From: Calditrichia bacterium
Lineage (GTDB): Bacteria; Calditrichota; Calditrichia; JAJRVZ01
Assembly (NCBI GenBank): GCA_963796965.1
Contig: CAWCNS010000005.1
Location: 800,001 to 864,000, forward strand
Direction of reading: 5' to 3'
Length of the DNA: 64,000 nucleotides
The notes under the pieces were generated by a model. It ran no database searches, was not told the DNA's origin, and saw only the letters and a list, made by a program, of their open reading frames with translations. Position numbers and translations under genes: made by a program. This document shows, one piece after another, positions 31,496 through 42,986 of this stretch. Position 1 is the stretch's first letter. Each line of letters begins with the position of its first letter.

Positions 31496-33544
31496 ATGGG
31501 AATTCTGAAAGGTCTGTTTATAATACTCCTCTGTCTTACATTATGGAACTGTGAAGAGGAGCCAATAGGGCCCCATTATCCCTCCAATCCAGCCCCTCTT
31601 ATTAAATCAAATTTTCTTCAGTTGCCATTAGGCTCAATCCAAGCCAAAGGATGGCTAAAAGATCAGCTTGTCTCACAGATGAATGGACTGACCGGCCACA
31701 TTGAAGACTTCTGGCCGGATCTGATAAACTCTGCCTGGAAGGGCGGCCAGGGAGAAGCTGGGAACGCGGTCCTTATTATCTTGATGGTCTCATCCCCCTT
31801 GCCTATATCCTTGATGATGAACATCTTAAAAAGAAAGTAGAAAATTGGATTGAATATATACTTGCGAGTCAACGGGATGATGGATGGTTTGGACCCTCGG
31901 AAAATGCTGATCGCTGGCCATTAGCGCTTACCCTTAAAGCAGTTTCCCAATATCATGAAGCCACAGATGATCCGAGAGCATTAAAACTCATTGAAAAATA
32001 TTTCGATTATTTACATCGGTTTCCTCCAGATTGGCCTGACAGCACCTGGCGTGGTGTCCGGGCCATGGAACACGCTGTTACTGGTTACTGGCTTTTTCGC
32101 CGGACACATAATCCAAAAATTTTGGAGACAATTAAATCAATTGCAGATAACAGTGACGACTGGAGCAATTATTTTTACACCTTTCCCTGGGATTCAACAG
32201 CAGTTGCAGAAAAGCGAATCCCTCATAATTGGGGCCGCGATGGTTTAACTGCCCACGTTGTAAATAATGCCATGGCAATAAAGTATCCCGGTTTATGGTA
32301 TCAGCAATCGGGTGATGATTGGCATCGAAGTGCTGTTTATAAAGCAATTGAAAATTTTGACCGGAATCATGGACAAGTTGGTGGGCGCTTCTCCGGAGAT
32401 GAACATCTTTCTGGTAAACGACCAACCCAGGGTACTGAATTGTGTGCGATAATTGAGTATATGTACTCTCTTGAAAAACTGATTCAAATCTTTGGGGATG
32501 TTTCTTTTGCAGACCGGTTAGAGTTACTTACATACAATGCCCTTCCGGGTACAATGACACCGGATTGCTGGGCACACCAATATGATCAGCAAGCAAATCA
32601 AGTACTCGTTAATTATGCAAAGAGGAACTGGAGTACAAATGGGCCGGCAGCAAATATATATGGATTAATGCCTCATTACCCCTGTTGTTTGGCTAACATG
32701 CATCAGGGATGGCCAAAATTCGTTTCTCATATGTGGATGGCAACACATGATGGAGGACTTGCTCTCACTTCCTATGGGCCCACAAAAGTATCTGCAACCG
32801 TTGGAATTGGCCAACACATAATTATTACAGAAAAGACCAATTATCCCTTTGAAAATAGTATTGAACTTAAATTGGAAATGAGTAAGCCGACTGAGTTTCC
32901 TCTTTACCTGCGTATTCCTGGTTGGGCAAAGGGATGTATCATCCGCTATAAGGGTATCACCCTGGCACCAGAAACCGGCCAGTTTGAAACATTACGGCAA
33001 ATATGGAATAATAATGATACCATTATTATTGTTTTTCCGATGTCTATAACACTTAGAATCACGATATAATCAGACCACATCAATTCGAAGGGGCCCTCTT
33101 TATTATTCATTGAGAGTGGGGAAAAAGTATAAATCTGTAAAATTAAAAACAGGACTTTTTTACAGCATACCATACAAAGGGTCAAGGGATTGGGAAATAT
33201 ATCCTACGACAAAATGGAATTATGCCCTTCTTTTGGATAAAAAGGATCCTACCCGACTGATCGAAGTTCATCATAATTCAATTCAGTCTTATCCATTTTC
33301 AGATATTGGAGATCTGGTTTATAACATGGCGAAAAACGATTTTCAGCCCTGGGAATATGAAGCGCCAATTGTTCTCTCTTTACAAGGTTTTGAGATTCCT
33401 GGTTGGAGAATGTATAAGAACTCTGCAGCCGATCCGCCATCTGGAATGTTTAAAACCAAGGAGAATCCGGAACAAATATTTCTGGTGCCTTATGGCTGCA
33501 CCAGGCTGCGTATCTCAGAATTCCCTGTTGTAACAGATAATTAA
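31496..33544 (+). CDS. GH127/GH146-like glycoside hydrolase; frame breaks near 31757 and 33053
   Basis: 'WERGPYYLDG' (bridging frame), 'HVVNNAM', 'GTELC', 'YPCC.ANMHQGWPK', 'LVPYGCTRLRISEFP'. Confidence 0.8.
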
Positions 33545-33713
33545 TTTCTCACGCAGCGCCCGCAACGTCGCCGCACTCTCATTCTCATCAAGGTACAGTC
33601 ATTAATACGTAATTTGAAATTATCGCATATATGTCATAACTTTCCCGATATTTAGTAGATAGGCCTTATTCTTATTTATTTGTTTTTATTTATCTTATAG
33701 CCAGGTTATTCTT

Positions 33714-34587
33714 ATGGGTAGAATTGTATATCTATTAATATTAAAGCCGCTTTCGTGGTTCCCTTTGGAAATGTTATATTATTTATCCAATTTCATTTAT
33801 TTCCTGGTTTATCATGTGGTGGGTTATAGAAAAAAAGTTGTATTGGAAAATTTACACAATTCATTTCCGGAAAAGAATGAAGATGAAATTAACAAAATTT
33901 GTAATCATTTCTACCAACATTTAACTGATCTAATCGTTGAAAGCATTAAGTTATTTAGTATTTCCAAAGACGAGATAATCAAACGATACAAATTCACAAA
34001 TCCAGAAGTACTGGATAATTATTATGATGATGGTAAAAGTGTTCTTATCGTCGGAGGACATTATAATAACTGGGAAATGGCGGCGGTGGGTACAAATCCC
34101 CAAATGAAACATCAGGCCGCAGGAATATACACCCCAATGACCAACGCCTATTTTGAAAAAGTCTTTAGAAAATCCAGAGGGAAATACGGTATCCTGCTTA
34201 TAAAAAAAGATGAGGTAAAAGAATATTTTGCAGAATATAAAGATCAATTGACGGCGACTATTTTTGGAGCTGACCAGTCCCCTTCTCTTCACAGCAAGAA
34301 AGTATACTGGACGAATTTTTTAAATCAGGAGACAGCCGTCATGTTTGGGACTGAAAAATTCGCCAAGGAATTTAATTATCCTGTCGTTTTTGTTCAGGTA
34401 AATAAAATTAAACGTGGCTATTATGAGTCTGATATTCACCACAATTGCAGAAGATCCATCCACCTTTGAATATGGTCAAATAACAGAATTACATACGCGG
34501 TATCTTGAAAATATAATTCGTGAAAAACCCGAGTACTGGCTCTGGACGCATAAGAGATGGAAACGTAAGCGTAGTGACTATGCGTGA
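33714..34587 (+). CDS. Lipid A lauroyl/palmitoleoyl acyltransferase family (LpxL-like); frame break near 34428
   Basis: 'GHYNNWE', 'ADQSP', and C-terminal 'PEYWLWTHKRWK' in the next frame. Confidence 0.85.
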
Positions 34588-34646
34588 TATGGGAGGCGCA
34601 ATTGGTGAGAGAGAATGAATTTAGAAATAAACCTAAAACAAAATAA

Positions 34647-35288
34647 ATGAAACTATTAAAAAATAAAATTGCTGCTATATTTGATCTGGATGGAACTCTT
34701 GTAAATAATGAGCCAGTAAAAGGTGAGGCTCTTGCAGAAACCTGTAGACGTCATGGTGGCAGGAGCGAGGGAGAAATTTATAAAGAGGTAGTAGGTAACA
34801 GATATGAAGTGGTACGTAATTATTTCTGTGAAAATGCCCAGATATCAATAGATGATGATGCTTTTGATAATACATTAAAAGAAGTGTATTTAGATCTTCT
34901 CAAGACAGAAGTTGATTTGACGGATGGGGCTGGTGAATTTTTAGATTCATTAAAAATCAATCATCTCAAGACTGGCTTAGTCAGTTCTGCCCAAAGATGG
35001 ATGGTCAATTCCGTATTAAAAAGATTCTCAATGGATTCAGTTTTCGATCTTAAAATAGTAAGAGAGGATGTGCAGAACCATAAACCTTCTCCGGAAGCAT
35101 ATTTGCTTGCGCTAGAAAAGTTGAAATTAGAGAAGAATAGTGTAATTGTATTTGAAGATTCGTCATCTGGATTAGTTGCGGCCCAGGAAGCAGGTTGCGA
35201 GGTTATTGCCATTCGGCATGCCTACAATCAACATCAGGTTTTTAGTTCGGCCCTCATGGAAATAGAATCATTTAAAGAAATTATGTAA
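34647..35288 (+). CDS. HAD family phosphatase
   Basis: 'FDLDGTL', 'KPSPEAY', 'FEDS'. Confidence 0.88.
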   Translation: MKLLKNKIAAIFDLDGTLVNNEPVKGEALAETCRRHGGRSEGEIYKEVVGNRYEVVRNYFCENAQISIDDDAFDNTLKEVYLDLLKTEVDLTDGAGEFLDSLKINHLKTGLVSSAQRWMVNSVLKRFSMDSVFDLKIVREDVQNHKPSPEAYLLALEKLKLEKNSVIVFEDSSSGLVAAQEAGCEVIAIRHAYNQHQVFSSALMEIESFKEIM

Positions 35289-35510
35289 TCTTGATACTTG
35301 ATTCTCGATACTGAATATTTATTTTTGATCTTCCTACTCTGTGAATTATTTAGTGTCAAATAGGTTCGTCCTCCTTCTCATTTGAAGGATATGTACCCTC
35401 AGGAAGATCTTACCATTAAATATAGATGTTTCTTTTACCAGCCGGAAAACTTGCTGCACGCAAACTAATCATAAACACTCGAAATAAATATATTAGTAGG
35501 TAATAGAAAG

Positions 35511-35999
35511 ATGGAATATACAACAATTATTTTGTGGATTCTTGCTGTAATCTTCACTATCTCCGGTCTCATTGGAATGATTCTTCCCGCCCTTCCGGGT
35601 AGCCTCCTTCTTCTAACGGGGATCATCTTTGCAGGTTGGGCCGAAGATTTTAATTATATAAGTACCGGAACAATCATTATTCTCGTTGTTTTAACAATTC
35701 TCTCCTATATCATGGATTTTCTGGCCACTGCCTTAGGAGCAAAAAAATTTGGTGCTAGCCCAAGAGCCTCTATTGGCGCTGCCATTGGGGCAATAATTGG
35801 TATGTTTTTTGGATTGATCGGAATTATCATTGGACCCTTTCTAGGCGCGTTTATTGCAGAACTTTCAGTAAATAGCAAAATAAGACAGGCCAGCGAAGCA
35901 GGTGTGGGAGCCTGGCTAGGCATGGTTCTGGGCACGGCTGCGAAAATAGCCATTGGTTTCACGATGATCGGTATTTATTTATTTGCACGATTTATATAG
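35511..35999 (+). CDS. DUF456 family membrane protein
   Basis: 'LPALPG', 'GAKKFGAS', 'GPFLGAFIAE'. Confidence 0.82.
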   Translation: MEYTTIILWILAVIFTISGLIGMILPALPGSLLLLTGIIFAGWAEDFNYISTGTIIILVVLTILSYIMDFLATALGAKKFGASPRASIGAAIGAIIGMFFGLIGIIIGPFLGAFIAELSVNSKIRQASEAGVGAWLGMVLGTAAKIAIGFTMIGIYLFARFI

Positions 36000-36138
36000 A
36001 ATGTAAATTAATCCTTATTATAATTTCACGAAAAATACAGATGACGATTAAAAGTAATATTTTTGGTATCCTTGCTTATTCCTTCCCTCTTTTTACACAT
36101 CAAGGTCTTAGATAGTATTTAAAATTATTTTTTTCTAC

Positions 36139-36167
36139 TTGCTTAATAAGATTAATTCCTATATAAT
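36139..36167 (+). promoter_or_regulatory. sigma70 promoter with candidate Fur/PerR-type operator in the spacer
   Basis: TTGCTT (36139-36144), 17-nt spacer, TATAAT (36162-36167); the spacer holds the 7-1-7 near-palindrome TAAGATTAATTCCTA. Confidence 0.6.
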
Positions 36168-36173
36168 AATGCT

Positions 36174-36614
36174 ATGCAAGAAGAGTCACAAAACGATCAA
36201 ATTAAATATTTCACCAACCTATGTAAAATAAATCACTTACGTGTTACACCCCAGCGTATTGCAATTTATAAGGAAATAATAAAATCGAAAAAACACCCTA
36301 CGGCTAATATGGTTTATACAAATATACGCCGGGGCTATCCCCATATTTCATTTGATACAGTGAACCGTACATTAAATACTTTCTCTAATGTTGGCATTAT
36401 TGACACCGTTGAATCCTATAGTGGATCTAAACGATTCGATCCCAAACGTCTCAGTCACCATCACATCCATTGTATCACATGTGGCGATATCATCGACTTT
36501 GAAAACAATACGTACGATGCTTTAGAAGTTACGGATGAAATAAAACATGCCTATAAAGTAGTAAGTAGACGTGTCGTTATAAATGTAATCTGTAATAAAT
36601 GTCGTGATGATTAA
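36174..36614 (+). CDS. Fur-family regulator, probably PerR
   Basis: 'RVTPQR', 'HPTA', 'HHHIHCITCG', C-terminal 'CNKC'; upstream of rubrerythrin. Confidence 0.85.
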   Translation: MQEESQNDQIKYFTNLCKINHLRVTPQRIAIYKEIIKSKKHPTANMVYTNIRRGYPHISFDTVNRTLNTFSNVGIIDTVESYSGSKRFDPKRLSHHHIHCITCGDIIDFENNTYDALEVTDEIKHAYKVVSRRVVINVICNKCRDD

Positions 36615-36776
36615 ACAAGTATAAACTACTGATTAGAAATAACGAAAATAGCCACTGACTTATACAGAATTTGACCATAAAATTGAATCCTATACACTGC
36701 AATAAATCTATCTGGAATTTCGGGATTTAATAATTCCGTGAAATCAGTGGCCAATACAAAAAAACAGGAGATTGAA

Positions 36777-37298
36777 ATGAGCAAAACAATTGAAAATTTA
36801 AAAGCAGCCTTTGCAGGAGAATCACAAGCAAGAAACAAATATACCTTTTATGCAGCCGTGGCCAGGAAAGAGGGTTATCATTATATTGCTAAAATCTTTG
36901 AAGAAACTGCTGAAAATGAAATGCGTCATGCAAAAGATGAATTTAAACTTCTTGATCAATTAGGTGATACAATAGTCAATCTCAAGGCTGCGATGGAAGG
37001 TGAAGACTATGAAGTTATCGATATGTACCCAACATTTGCTAAAGAAGCTGAGGAAGAAGGAAATACTGCCGCAGCAATTCTGTTTAAGCAAATCGCTAAA
37101 GTAGAAGCACACCACAGGGATCGCTATAAAAAATTATTGGAAATGGTTGAGAATGGTACCGTATTCAAACGAGATGAACCTATTAAATGGAAATGTGGAA
37201 AATGTGGGTTCGTGTATACCGGAACTGAAGCCCCTCCTAAATGTCCCTGCTGTAAACATGGACGGGAACATTTTGAACCTGCCAACATGGATGTATAA
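36777..37298 (+). CDS. rbr: Rubrerythrin
   Basis: 'AFAGESQARNKY', two ExxH motifs, C-terminal 'WKCGKCG..CPCC'; start at ATG 36777 after AGGAG. Confidence 0.9.
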   Translation: MSKTIENLKAAFAGESQARNKYTFYAAVARKEGYHYIAKIFEETAENEMRHAKDEFKLLDQLGDTIVNLKAAMEGEDYEVIDMYPTFAKEAEEEGNTAAAILFKQIAKVEAHHRDRYKKLLEMVENGTVFKRDEPIKWKCGKCGFVYTGTEAPPKCPCCKHGREHFEPANMDV

Positions 37299-37307
37299 GG
37301 GGAAATT

Positions 37308-38708
37308 ATGGCCAAATACATATGTCAGGTTTGTGAATATATATATGACGAAGACAAAGAGGGGACCAGGTGGGATGATCTTCCTGATGACTGGGTGTGC
37401 CCCATTTGTGATTCTGACAAATCACTTTTTACACGGATGGAAGATGAAAAAGATGAAGCAATTCCCTCCCCTCCCACAGAATCTATGTCGATTAATGATT
37501 TAATAAGAAAAGCTGATGACACTGAAAACTATATGGCTGACATTCATAAGATGGCGGATACCGGCAATTCAATCATTGAACCGATGAAGACAAAGAATCC
37601 GGTCATCTCCTGGGATGAGATCCTAATTAAAGGTGCCCAATTATCCAAAATTCCTCTCAACCATGAAGATCCTGTAAAGTCAGAGACGATTATAGGACCT
37701 AAGGCCAAGAAACCCCTGCTTATTGATTCACCGATATATGTAAGTCATATGTCCTTTGGGGCACTTTCCAGAGAGGCAAAGTTAGCCTTGGCGAAAGGAA
37801 GTGCTCTTGCGAAAACAGCCATGTGTTCCGGTGAAGGCGGCATTTTACCGGAATCAATGGAGAGCGCTTATAAATATATCTTTGAATATGTCCCCAATAA
37901 ATACAGTGTGACAGATGAAAATTTAAAGAATGCCGATGCTATTGAAATTAAAATCGGACAATCAGCCAAACCCGGTATGGGCGGACATCTCCCCGGTCAC
38001 AAGGTAACAAAAGAGATCGCTTCTGTACGAGGATTTAAAGTAGGCGAGGATATCATCAGCCCTGCCCATTTTATGGATATAAAAAGTGGCGAGGATTTAA
38101 GAACAAAAGTTTCCTGGTTGCGGGACCTATCTGAAGGGAGGCCAATCGGGATAAAAATAGCTGCTGGTCATATTGAGGATGATCTCAAAGTTGCCCTGGA
38201 TGCGCAACCGGACTTTATCACCCTGGACGGAAGAGCTGGGGCAACCGGCGCAGCACCAAAATTTGTTAAAGCCGCAACATCTGTACCGACTATCTTTGCT
38301 TTATACCGGGCAAGAAAATATTTCGATGATCAAGGAATAACAGATGTCTCTCTATTGATCACCGGGGGTCTGCGCATATCTCCGGATTTTGCCAAGGCCC
38401 TGGCCTTGGGTGCAGATGCCATTGCAATAGCCAGTTCTGCTATGATGGCGATTGGATGCCAGCAATATCGAATATGTGATTCAGATAAATGCCCTATGGG
38501 TATTGCCACCCAGAATCCTGAGTTACGGGCAAGATTGAATATTGATCAATCTGCCCGACAATTGGAAAATTTCCTAAATGTATCGAAAAATGAGATAATG
38601 AATTTTGCCAGATTAACCGGTAACGATGATGTTCATGGATTATCTATAGATGATTTATGTACCTGTAGTTCAGAAATCTCTGACCATACGAATATCGATC
38701 ATGTTTAA
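37308..38708 (+). CDS. Rubredoxin fused to FMN-binding glutamate synthase domain
   Basis: N-terminal '[16 protein letters not shown]'; 'MSFGALS', 'SGEGG', '[19 protein letters not shown]', 3Fe-4S 'C.....C....CP.GIATQ'. Confidence 0.88.
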   Translation: MAKYICQVCEYIYDEDKEGTRWDDLPDDWVCPICDSDKSLFTRMEDEKDEAIPSPPTESMSINDLIRKADDTENYMADIHKMADTGNSIIEPMKTKNPVISWDEILIKGAQLSKIPLNHEDPVKSETIIGPKAKKPLLIDSPIYVSHMSFGALSREAKLALAKGSALAKTAMCSGEGGILPESMESAYKYIFEYVPNKYSVTDENLKNADAIEIKIGQSAKPGMGGHLPGHKVTKEIASVRGFKVGEDIISPAHFMDIKSGEDLRTKVSWLRDLSEGRPIGIKIAAGHIEDDLKVALDAQPDFITLDGRAGATGAAPKFVKAATSVPTIFALYRARKYFDDQGITDVSLLITGGLRISPDFAKALALGADAIAIASSAMMAIGCQQYRICDSDKCPMGIATQNPELRARLNIDQSARQLENFLNVSKNEIMNFARLTGNDDVHGLSIDDLCTCSSEISDHTNIDHV

Positions 38709-39011
38709 TTGAACTTATGTCTCAAAAAATGGCATTCAGAGGTAAGTTCATTTAAAATGTTTGGAAATTAAAGAATTTTTAGTTTTCTCTGATTATTTTT
38801 TTTAATAAAGGTGGATCTTTAATATCGCAATTCATTATTTGTTCCTGTGCAGAGATATCATTAGATAAACGAGGTTTTCGTTTGATGAGACGCCTCTGCA
38901 ATTTTCATCGAAAGATTCCTTTCTATTAGACATGCGACCTCATTTATATACGACAATGTTATATTCAAGGTAAGAAATTAGATAAAGCATCAATAAAAAA
39001 GATTTAGGAGA

Positions 39012-39451
39012 ATGAAGAAAGTTGATATTAAAGCATTATTTGTCGCAATTTTTGCATCCGCGATTGGTTTTATTATTATTGATTTTTAGTAGAAATTCTC
39101 TTATTTCGAGCATTTGGTATCTCAGAGGAACATCTCTACACATATTTTAACATATCACCATCGGGGGTGATTTTTCAGGCAATAAATCTTTTTATCTTTT
39201 TTCTGAATGTCACTCTGATAATGTCTGTTTATGTTTGGATTCGTCCAAGATTTTCTTCGGATCTAAGTGCTGCAATGACTACAAGTGGAATTTTCGCATC
39301 ACTTATGGCGCTATATCTTCTAAATCTAACTAATTTGGGAATTTACCCATTGACAATAAGTTTAACATCTATTATTTTTACTATCATAGAGTTGCCTTTT
39401 GCTGTGATGATTGGAGCCGTTACTTATACCTCAAGAACAGAAAAGAAATAA
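39012..39451 (+). CDS. Hypothetical membrane protein; frame break near 39086
   Basis: AGGAG RBS, MKKVDIKALFVAIF.. continues in the frame of the 39167-39451 ORF. Confidence 0.55.
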
Positions 39452-39748
39452 AACACCCATTATACTTTAAAAATAATTTATTTTGCAGATTTTTTTCGAT
39501 GTTTTAATGTGTTTTATTAGCGCTATCATTTTGTTTCCCTATAATATTGCTATAAAAGACACAAAGAACTATCCACGATTTTCAATTAATTTCGCAAATA
39601 TTTTTTATATAATTTTATAAGATTTTTTATATCTTTGCGGCTTAGCACCTTTGCGAGAGAATTATTAATTAATCGGAAAAAAGTTATTTATCATCTCCCT
39701 GGTTGCATTTCCAAAAAATGACATATTATTAATTCAGGATGAAAAAGA

Positions 39749-40129
39749 TTGGAATTCTATTTAATCATTGCCGGGATTTTAACATTTATTATCGGCCTGG
39801 CCCATTCCTACCTTGGTGAGCGCTATATTCTTATAAGACTATTACAGTATTCGGAATTACCAAAATTATTTGGTGATGACTCTTTTACCAGGCAAACTCT
39901 AAGATTTGCCTGGCATCTCACAACACTCGCATGGTGGGGATTGGCTGTGATTCTATTTGTGACTTCGGGGCTATTTTTTTCACTTAAGGCCGGTGAATCA
40001 ATACTTATCATAATTGCCCTAATTTTCTTTTTTAGTGCGTTACTCTCGTTAATCATTACCAAGGGCCGACATCTTTCATGGATAATTTATTTGGTAATTA
40101 TGTTTTTAATCTTACTTGCTGTCTCCTGA
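39749..40129 (+). CDS. Hypothetical membrane protein
   Basis: Four hydrophobic segments; 'HSYLGERYIL', 'LRFAWH'. Confidence 0.65.
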   Translation: MEFYLIIAGILTFIIGLAHSYLGERYILIRLLQYSELPKLFGDDSFTRQTLRFAWHLTTLAWWGLAVILFVTSGLFFSLKAGESILIIIALIFFFSALLSLIITKGRHLSWIIYLVIMFLILLAVS

Positions 40130-40353
40130 TATAATCCAACAAGAGAATGGCAATTTTTGATATATTAATCATAAAAACAATAATTTTATCCATTCTACAC
40201 TCATCGGTTCATTCTATTTAATTTTACAATTTATTTATTGTAAGATTTTCTATGCGCCTTTGCGACCTTGTGGGAGATTTTTTAACTGATCAATTATATT
40301 AAATTATCATTTATCCAAAATTCGTAAGGGATGATTATTCTTAGGACTCAGAA

Positions 40354-40884
40354 ATGGAGATTTCAATTCAACAAGGAAGCATTGAGGATTTAAGACGGTT
40401 AACTGAAATTTATAATCATTATATTACCCATTCACATGTTACATTTGATACCGATGTATTTTCATTAATAAAACGTGAGTCGTGGTTTAAAAATTTTTCA
40501 GATCAAAGAGCATACAAACTTTTCGTAGCAAAAAAAGATGATTTTGTTATCGGGTATGCCACCAGTAGCCAATTTCGACCCAAACAGGCATATTTTACTT
40601 CTGTGGAGACAACTGTCTATGTAGATCCCTTATATTTGGGCCAGGGAATCGGATTCAAACTTTACTATACATTAATTCATGCTCTCGAAAGAGAACCTTT
40701 AGTCCATAAAGCCTTTGCCGGAATAGCACTTCCTAACGAAGACTCGGCCATCCTACATGGCCGGCTGGGTTTTCAACTAATCGGCATTTTTCACGAAGTG
40801 GGATATAAATTTGGTCGCTATTGGGATGTGGCCTGGTATGAACGTGACTTATCTATCGAGACACTTTCAACAAATGTCTTATAA
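40354..40884 (+). CDS. GNAT acetyltransferase, phosphinothricin/YncA-like
   Basis: 'IYNHYI', 'VETTVY', 'LPNEDS..LH..LGF', 'VGYKFGRYWDV'. Confidence 0.85.
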   Translation: MEISIQQGSIEDLRRLTEIYNHYITHSHVTFDTDVFSLIKRESWFKNFSDQRAYKLFVAKKDDFVIGYATSSQFRPKQAYFTSVETTVYVDPLYLGQGIGFKLYYTLIHALEREPLVHKAFAGIALPNEDSAILHGRLGFQLIGIFHEVGYKFGRYWDVAWYERDLSIETLSTNVL

Positions 40885-41010
40885 TAGATTGGATAAGTGG
40901 CAAATACTTTAATTTCGTAAATGTTTATCCCTCTGTTTCAGCTTAGGTGGGACATTTGGCAAAATTGAACATACTTTTTAATATTCTCAAATTGGAATAT
41001 AGAAAAGCAA

Positions 41011-41496
41011 ATGACATTGAATTTATTTAGAGCCAAAAGAGTCTCATGGACCTGCTTTATTGATTTAAAAAGTGATATAAAAAAAGTCTTTCTACTCTTT
41101 ACACCAAATGGAGAAAAAAAATGGGTAAAGGACTGGGATTTTGAGCCGGTCTTTCCCTATCCTTTTTACCTGGAAGAAAAGTGTGTATTTAAAACAGGTA
41201 CTCATGATTACAAAAGTGAAGAGGCAATTTGGATAATCAACAAGTATCAGCCTGAACAATATCGCATTGAATATATTCGTCTCGAATCCGCAGCGAAAAT
41301 GGGACATATACAAATCGCTTGTAAAAGCAAAAATAGAAACAGAACTGAAGTCGGTGTTACCTATACCTATACGGGCCTGACTGATGAAGGAAATATATTC
41401 ATAGAAAACTTCACAAAAGAGAAATACATAAAATACATTAAGGATTGGGAGCGGGCGCTCACTCACTATCTTCAAACGGGAACTATATTAGAATAA
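41011..41496 (+). CDS. Hypothetical protein (SRPBCC/START-like)
   Basis: 'VF.LFTP.GEK.WV..W' start and C-terminal 'WERAL.HYL' helix. Confidence 0.55.
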   Translation: MTLNLFRAKRVSWTCFIDLKSDIKKVFLLFTPNGEKKWVKDWDFEPVFPYPFYLEEKCVFKTGTHDYKSEEAIWIINKYQPEQYRIEYIRLESAAKMGHIQIACKSKNRNRTEVGVTYTYTGLTDEGNIFIENFTKEKYIKYIKDWERALTHYLQTGTILE

Positions 41497-41595
41497 CATC
41501 TCACCGACTAAATGCATGAAGCATATTGATGCAGAACCATTTTTAATAAAAGGACCATCCTGGATTTAACAGGTGGTAGAAGAATTCAAAAAGAC

Positions 41596-42678
41596 ATGAG
41601 TATAATTAATCCATTGAAATTAGACGATATCGGTTATGATAGTGTTTTCAAAGAGAATTTTAATTCCTCTTTTTCAGATGAATTTTCACCAGCACGGATT
41701 ACAGCTGTCAATAAGAACAATTTTCTCTTACTGAGTGAGTTTGGCGAGACCTATGCTGAACTAGCCGGAAAATTTATGTTTGACTTAGACTCTGCCCTGG
41801 ATTTACCAACCGTTGGTGATTGGGTGGCAGCCAGTTATTTTGATGACAACTCTCTGGCAATTATTCACGATATTCTTCCTCGAAGATCTCTCTTAAAAAG
41901 ACGAGATCCTGGAAAAAAACTTGATTATCAGTTGATAGCATCAAACATTGACACAGCATTTATTATCCAGGCTCTTGATACCAATTTCAATCTAAACCGG
42001 TTGGAACGCTATCTTGTTATGGTAAATGAGAGTAATATTGAACCTATAATCTTACTTAGTAAATCTGATCTCCTCTCTGAAATAGAATCAAACAAAATCA
42101 AAACAGAAATTGGCCGGATTAGAAATAAATTTAAATGGCTCATGTTTAGTAATAAATCCGGCCACGGCATCTCAGATATTGAGAAGCATCTCTTATCTCA
42201 AAAAACATATTGTCTACTCGGCTCATCAGGTGTTGGTAAAACAACCTTATTAAATACACTTATTGGTGAGCAGATATTTGAAGTCAGAGAAGTACGTGAA
42301 AAAGATGATAAAGGAAGACATACAACTTCGAATCGTCAATTAATTGTATTAAAGAATGGCAGCCTTATTATTGATACACCGGGCATGAAAGAATTAGGCA
42401 ATATTGCTATAGAAACTGGTATTTCAGAAACCTTTGATGATATTGAAACTTTGAGGCGCCATTGTCGATTCTCCGACTGCAGCCACACGAATGAGGAAGG
42501 ATGCGCCATTCTGGGGGGAATTGAAAATGGGACAATCAATCAAAAAAGGTATGATAATTATATCAAATTAAAAAAAGAAACTGATTTTTACCAAATGTCC
42601 TATCAGGAGAAACGTAAAAAAGACAAATCATTTGGAAAAATGATTAAACAAGTTATGAAGAATAATAGGAAAAAATGA
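41596..42678 (+). CDS. rsgA: Ribosome small subunit-dependent GTPase A
   Basis: Circularly permuted GTPase motifs 'SKSD', 'GSSGVGKTT', 'GRHTT', 'DTPG'; Zn site 'CRFSDCSH..E.GC'. Confidence 0.92.
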   Translation: MSIINPLKLDDIGYDSVFKENFNSSFSDEFSPARITAVNKNNFLLLSEFGETYAELAGKFMFDLDSALDLPTVGDWVAASYFDDNSLAIIHDILPRRSLLKRRDPGKKLDYQLIASNIDTAFIIQALDTNFNLNRLERYLVMVNESNIEPIILLSKSDLLSEIESNKIKTEIGRIRNKFKWLMFSNKSGHGISDIEKHLLSQKTYCLLGSSGVGKTTLLNTLIGEQIFEVREVREKDDKGRHTTSNRQLIVLKNGSLIIDTPGMKELGNIAIETGISETFDDIETLRRHCRFSDCSHTNEEGCAILGGIENGTINQKRYDNYIKLKKETDFYQMSYQEKRKKDKSFGKMIKQVMKNNRKK

Positions 42679-42844
42679 GATTATTGTAATTGGGAATTTT
42701 GAATTTGGTATCTGGAACTGTATCCTGTTTAGATATTATTGAGATAATACGCAGAGAGATGTTATAATAAGATCCCCCGTTCTCCTTCCCGTCTTTCAAT
42801 AGAGGGGTGATTATATGAGATTATTCAAAATTAGTATATCTTTT

Positions 42845-42922
42845 GTCATCCTGTCTCTGGGGAGGGAGACTGCCTGCATGCAGTTTCCAAAATTTCTTGC
42901 TGGAAGATTCTTTCGGAGTGAC
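42845..42922. repeat. Degenerate GTCA-type REP pair upstream of rho
   Basis: GTCATCC.. at 42845 and AGATTCTTTCGGAGTGAC at 42905-42922, similar to the 45210-45277 pair. Confidence 0.45.
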
Positions 42923-42986
42923 TAATAGAGGCCAATTAATTCATAGATAAGAAATCTTATATTTTTTGACATGATCGGACCCAAAA

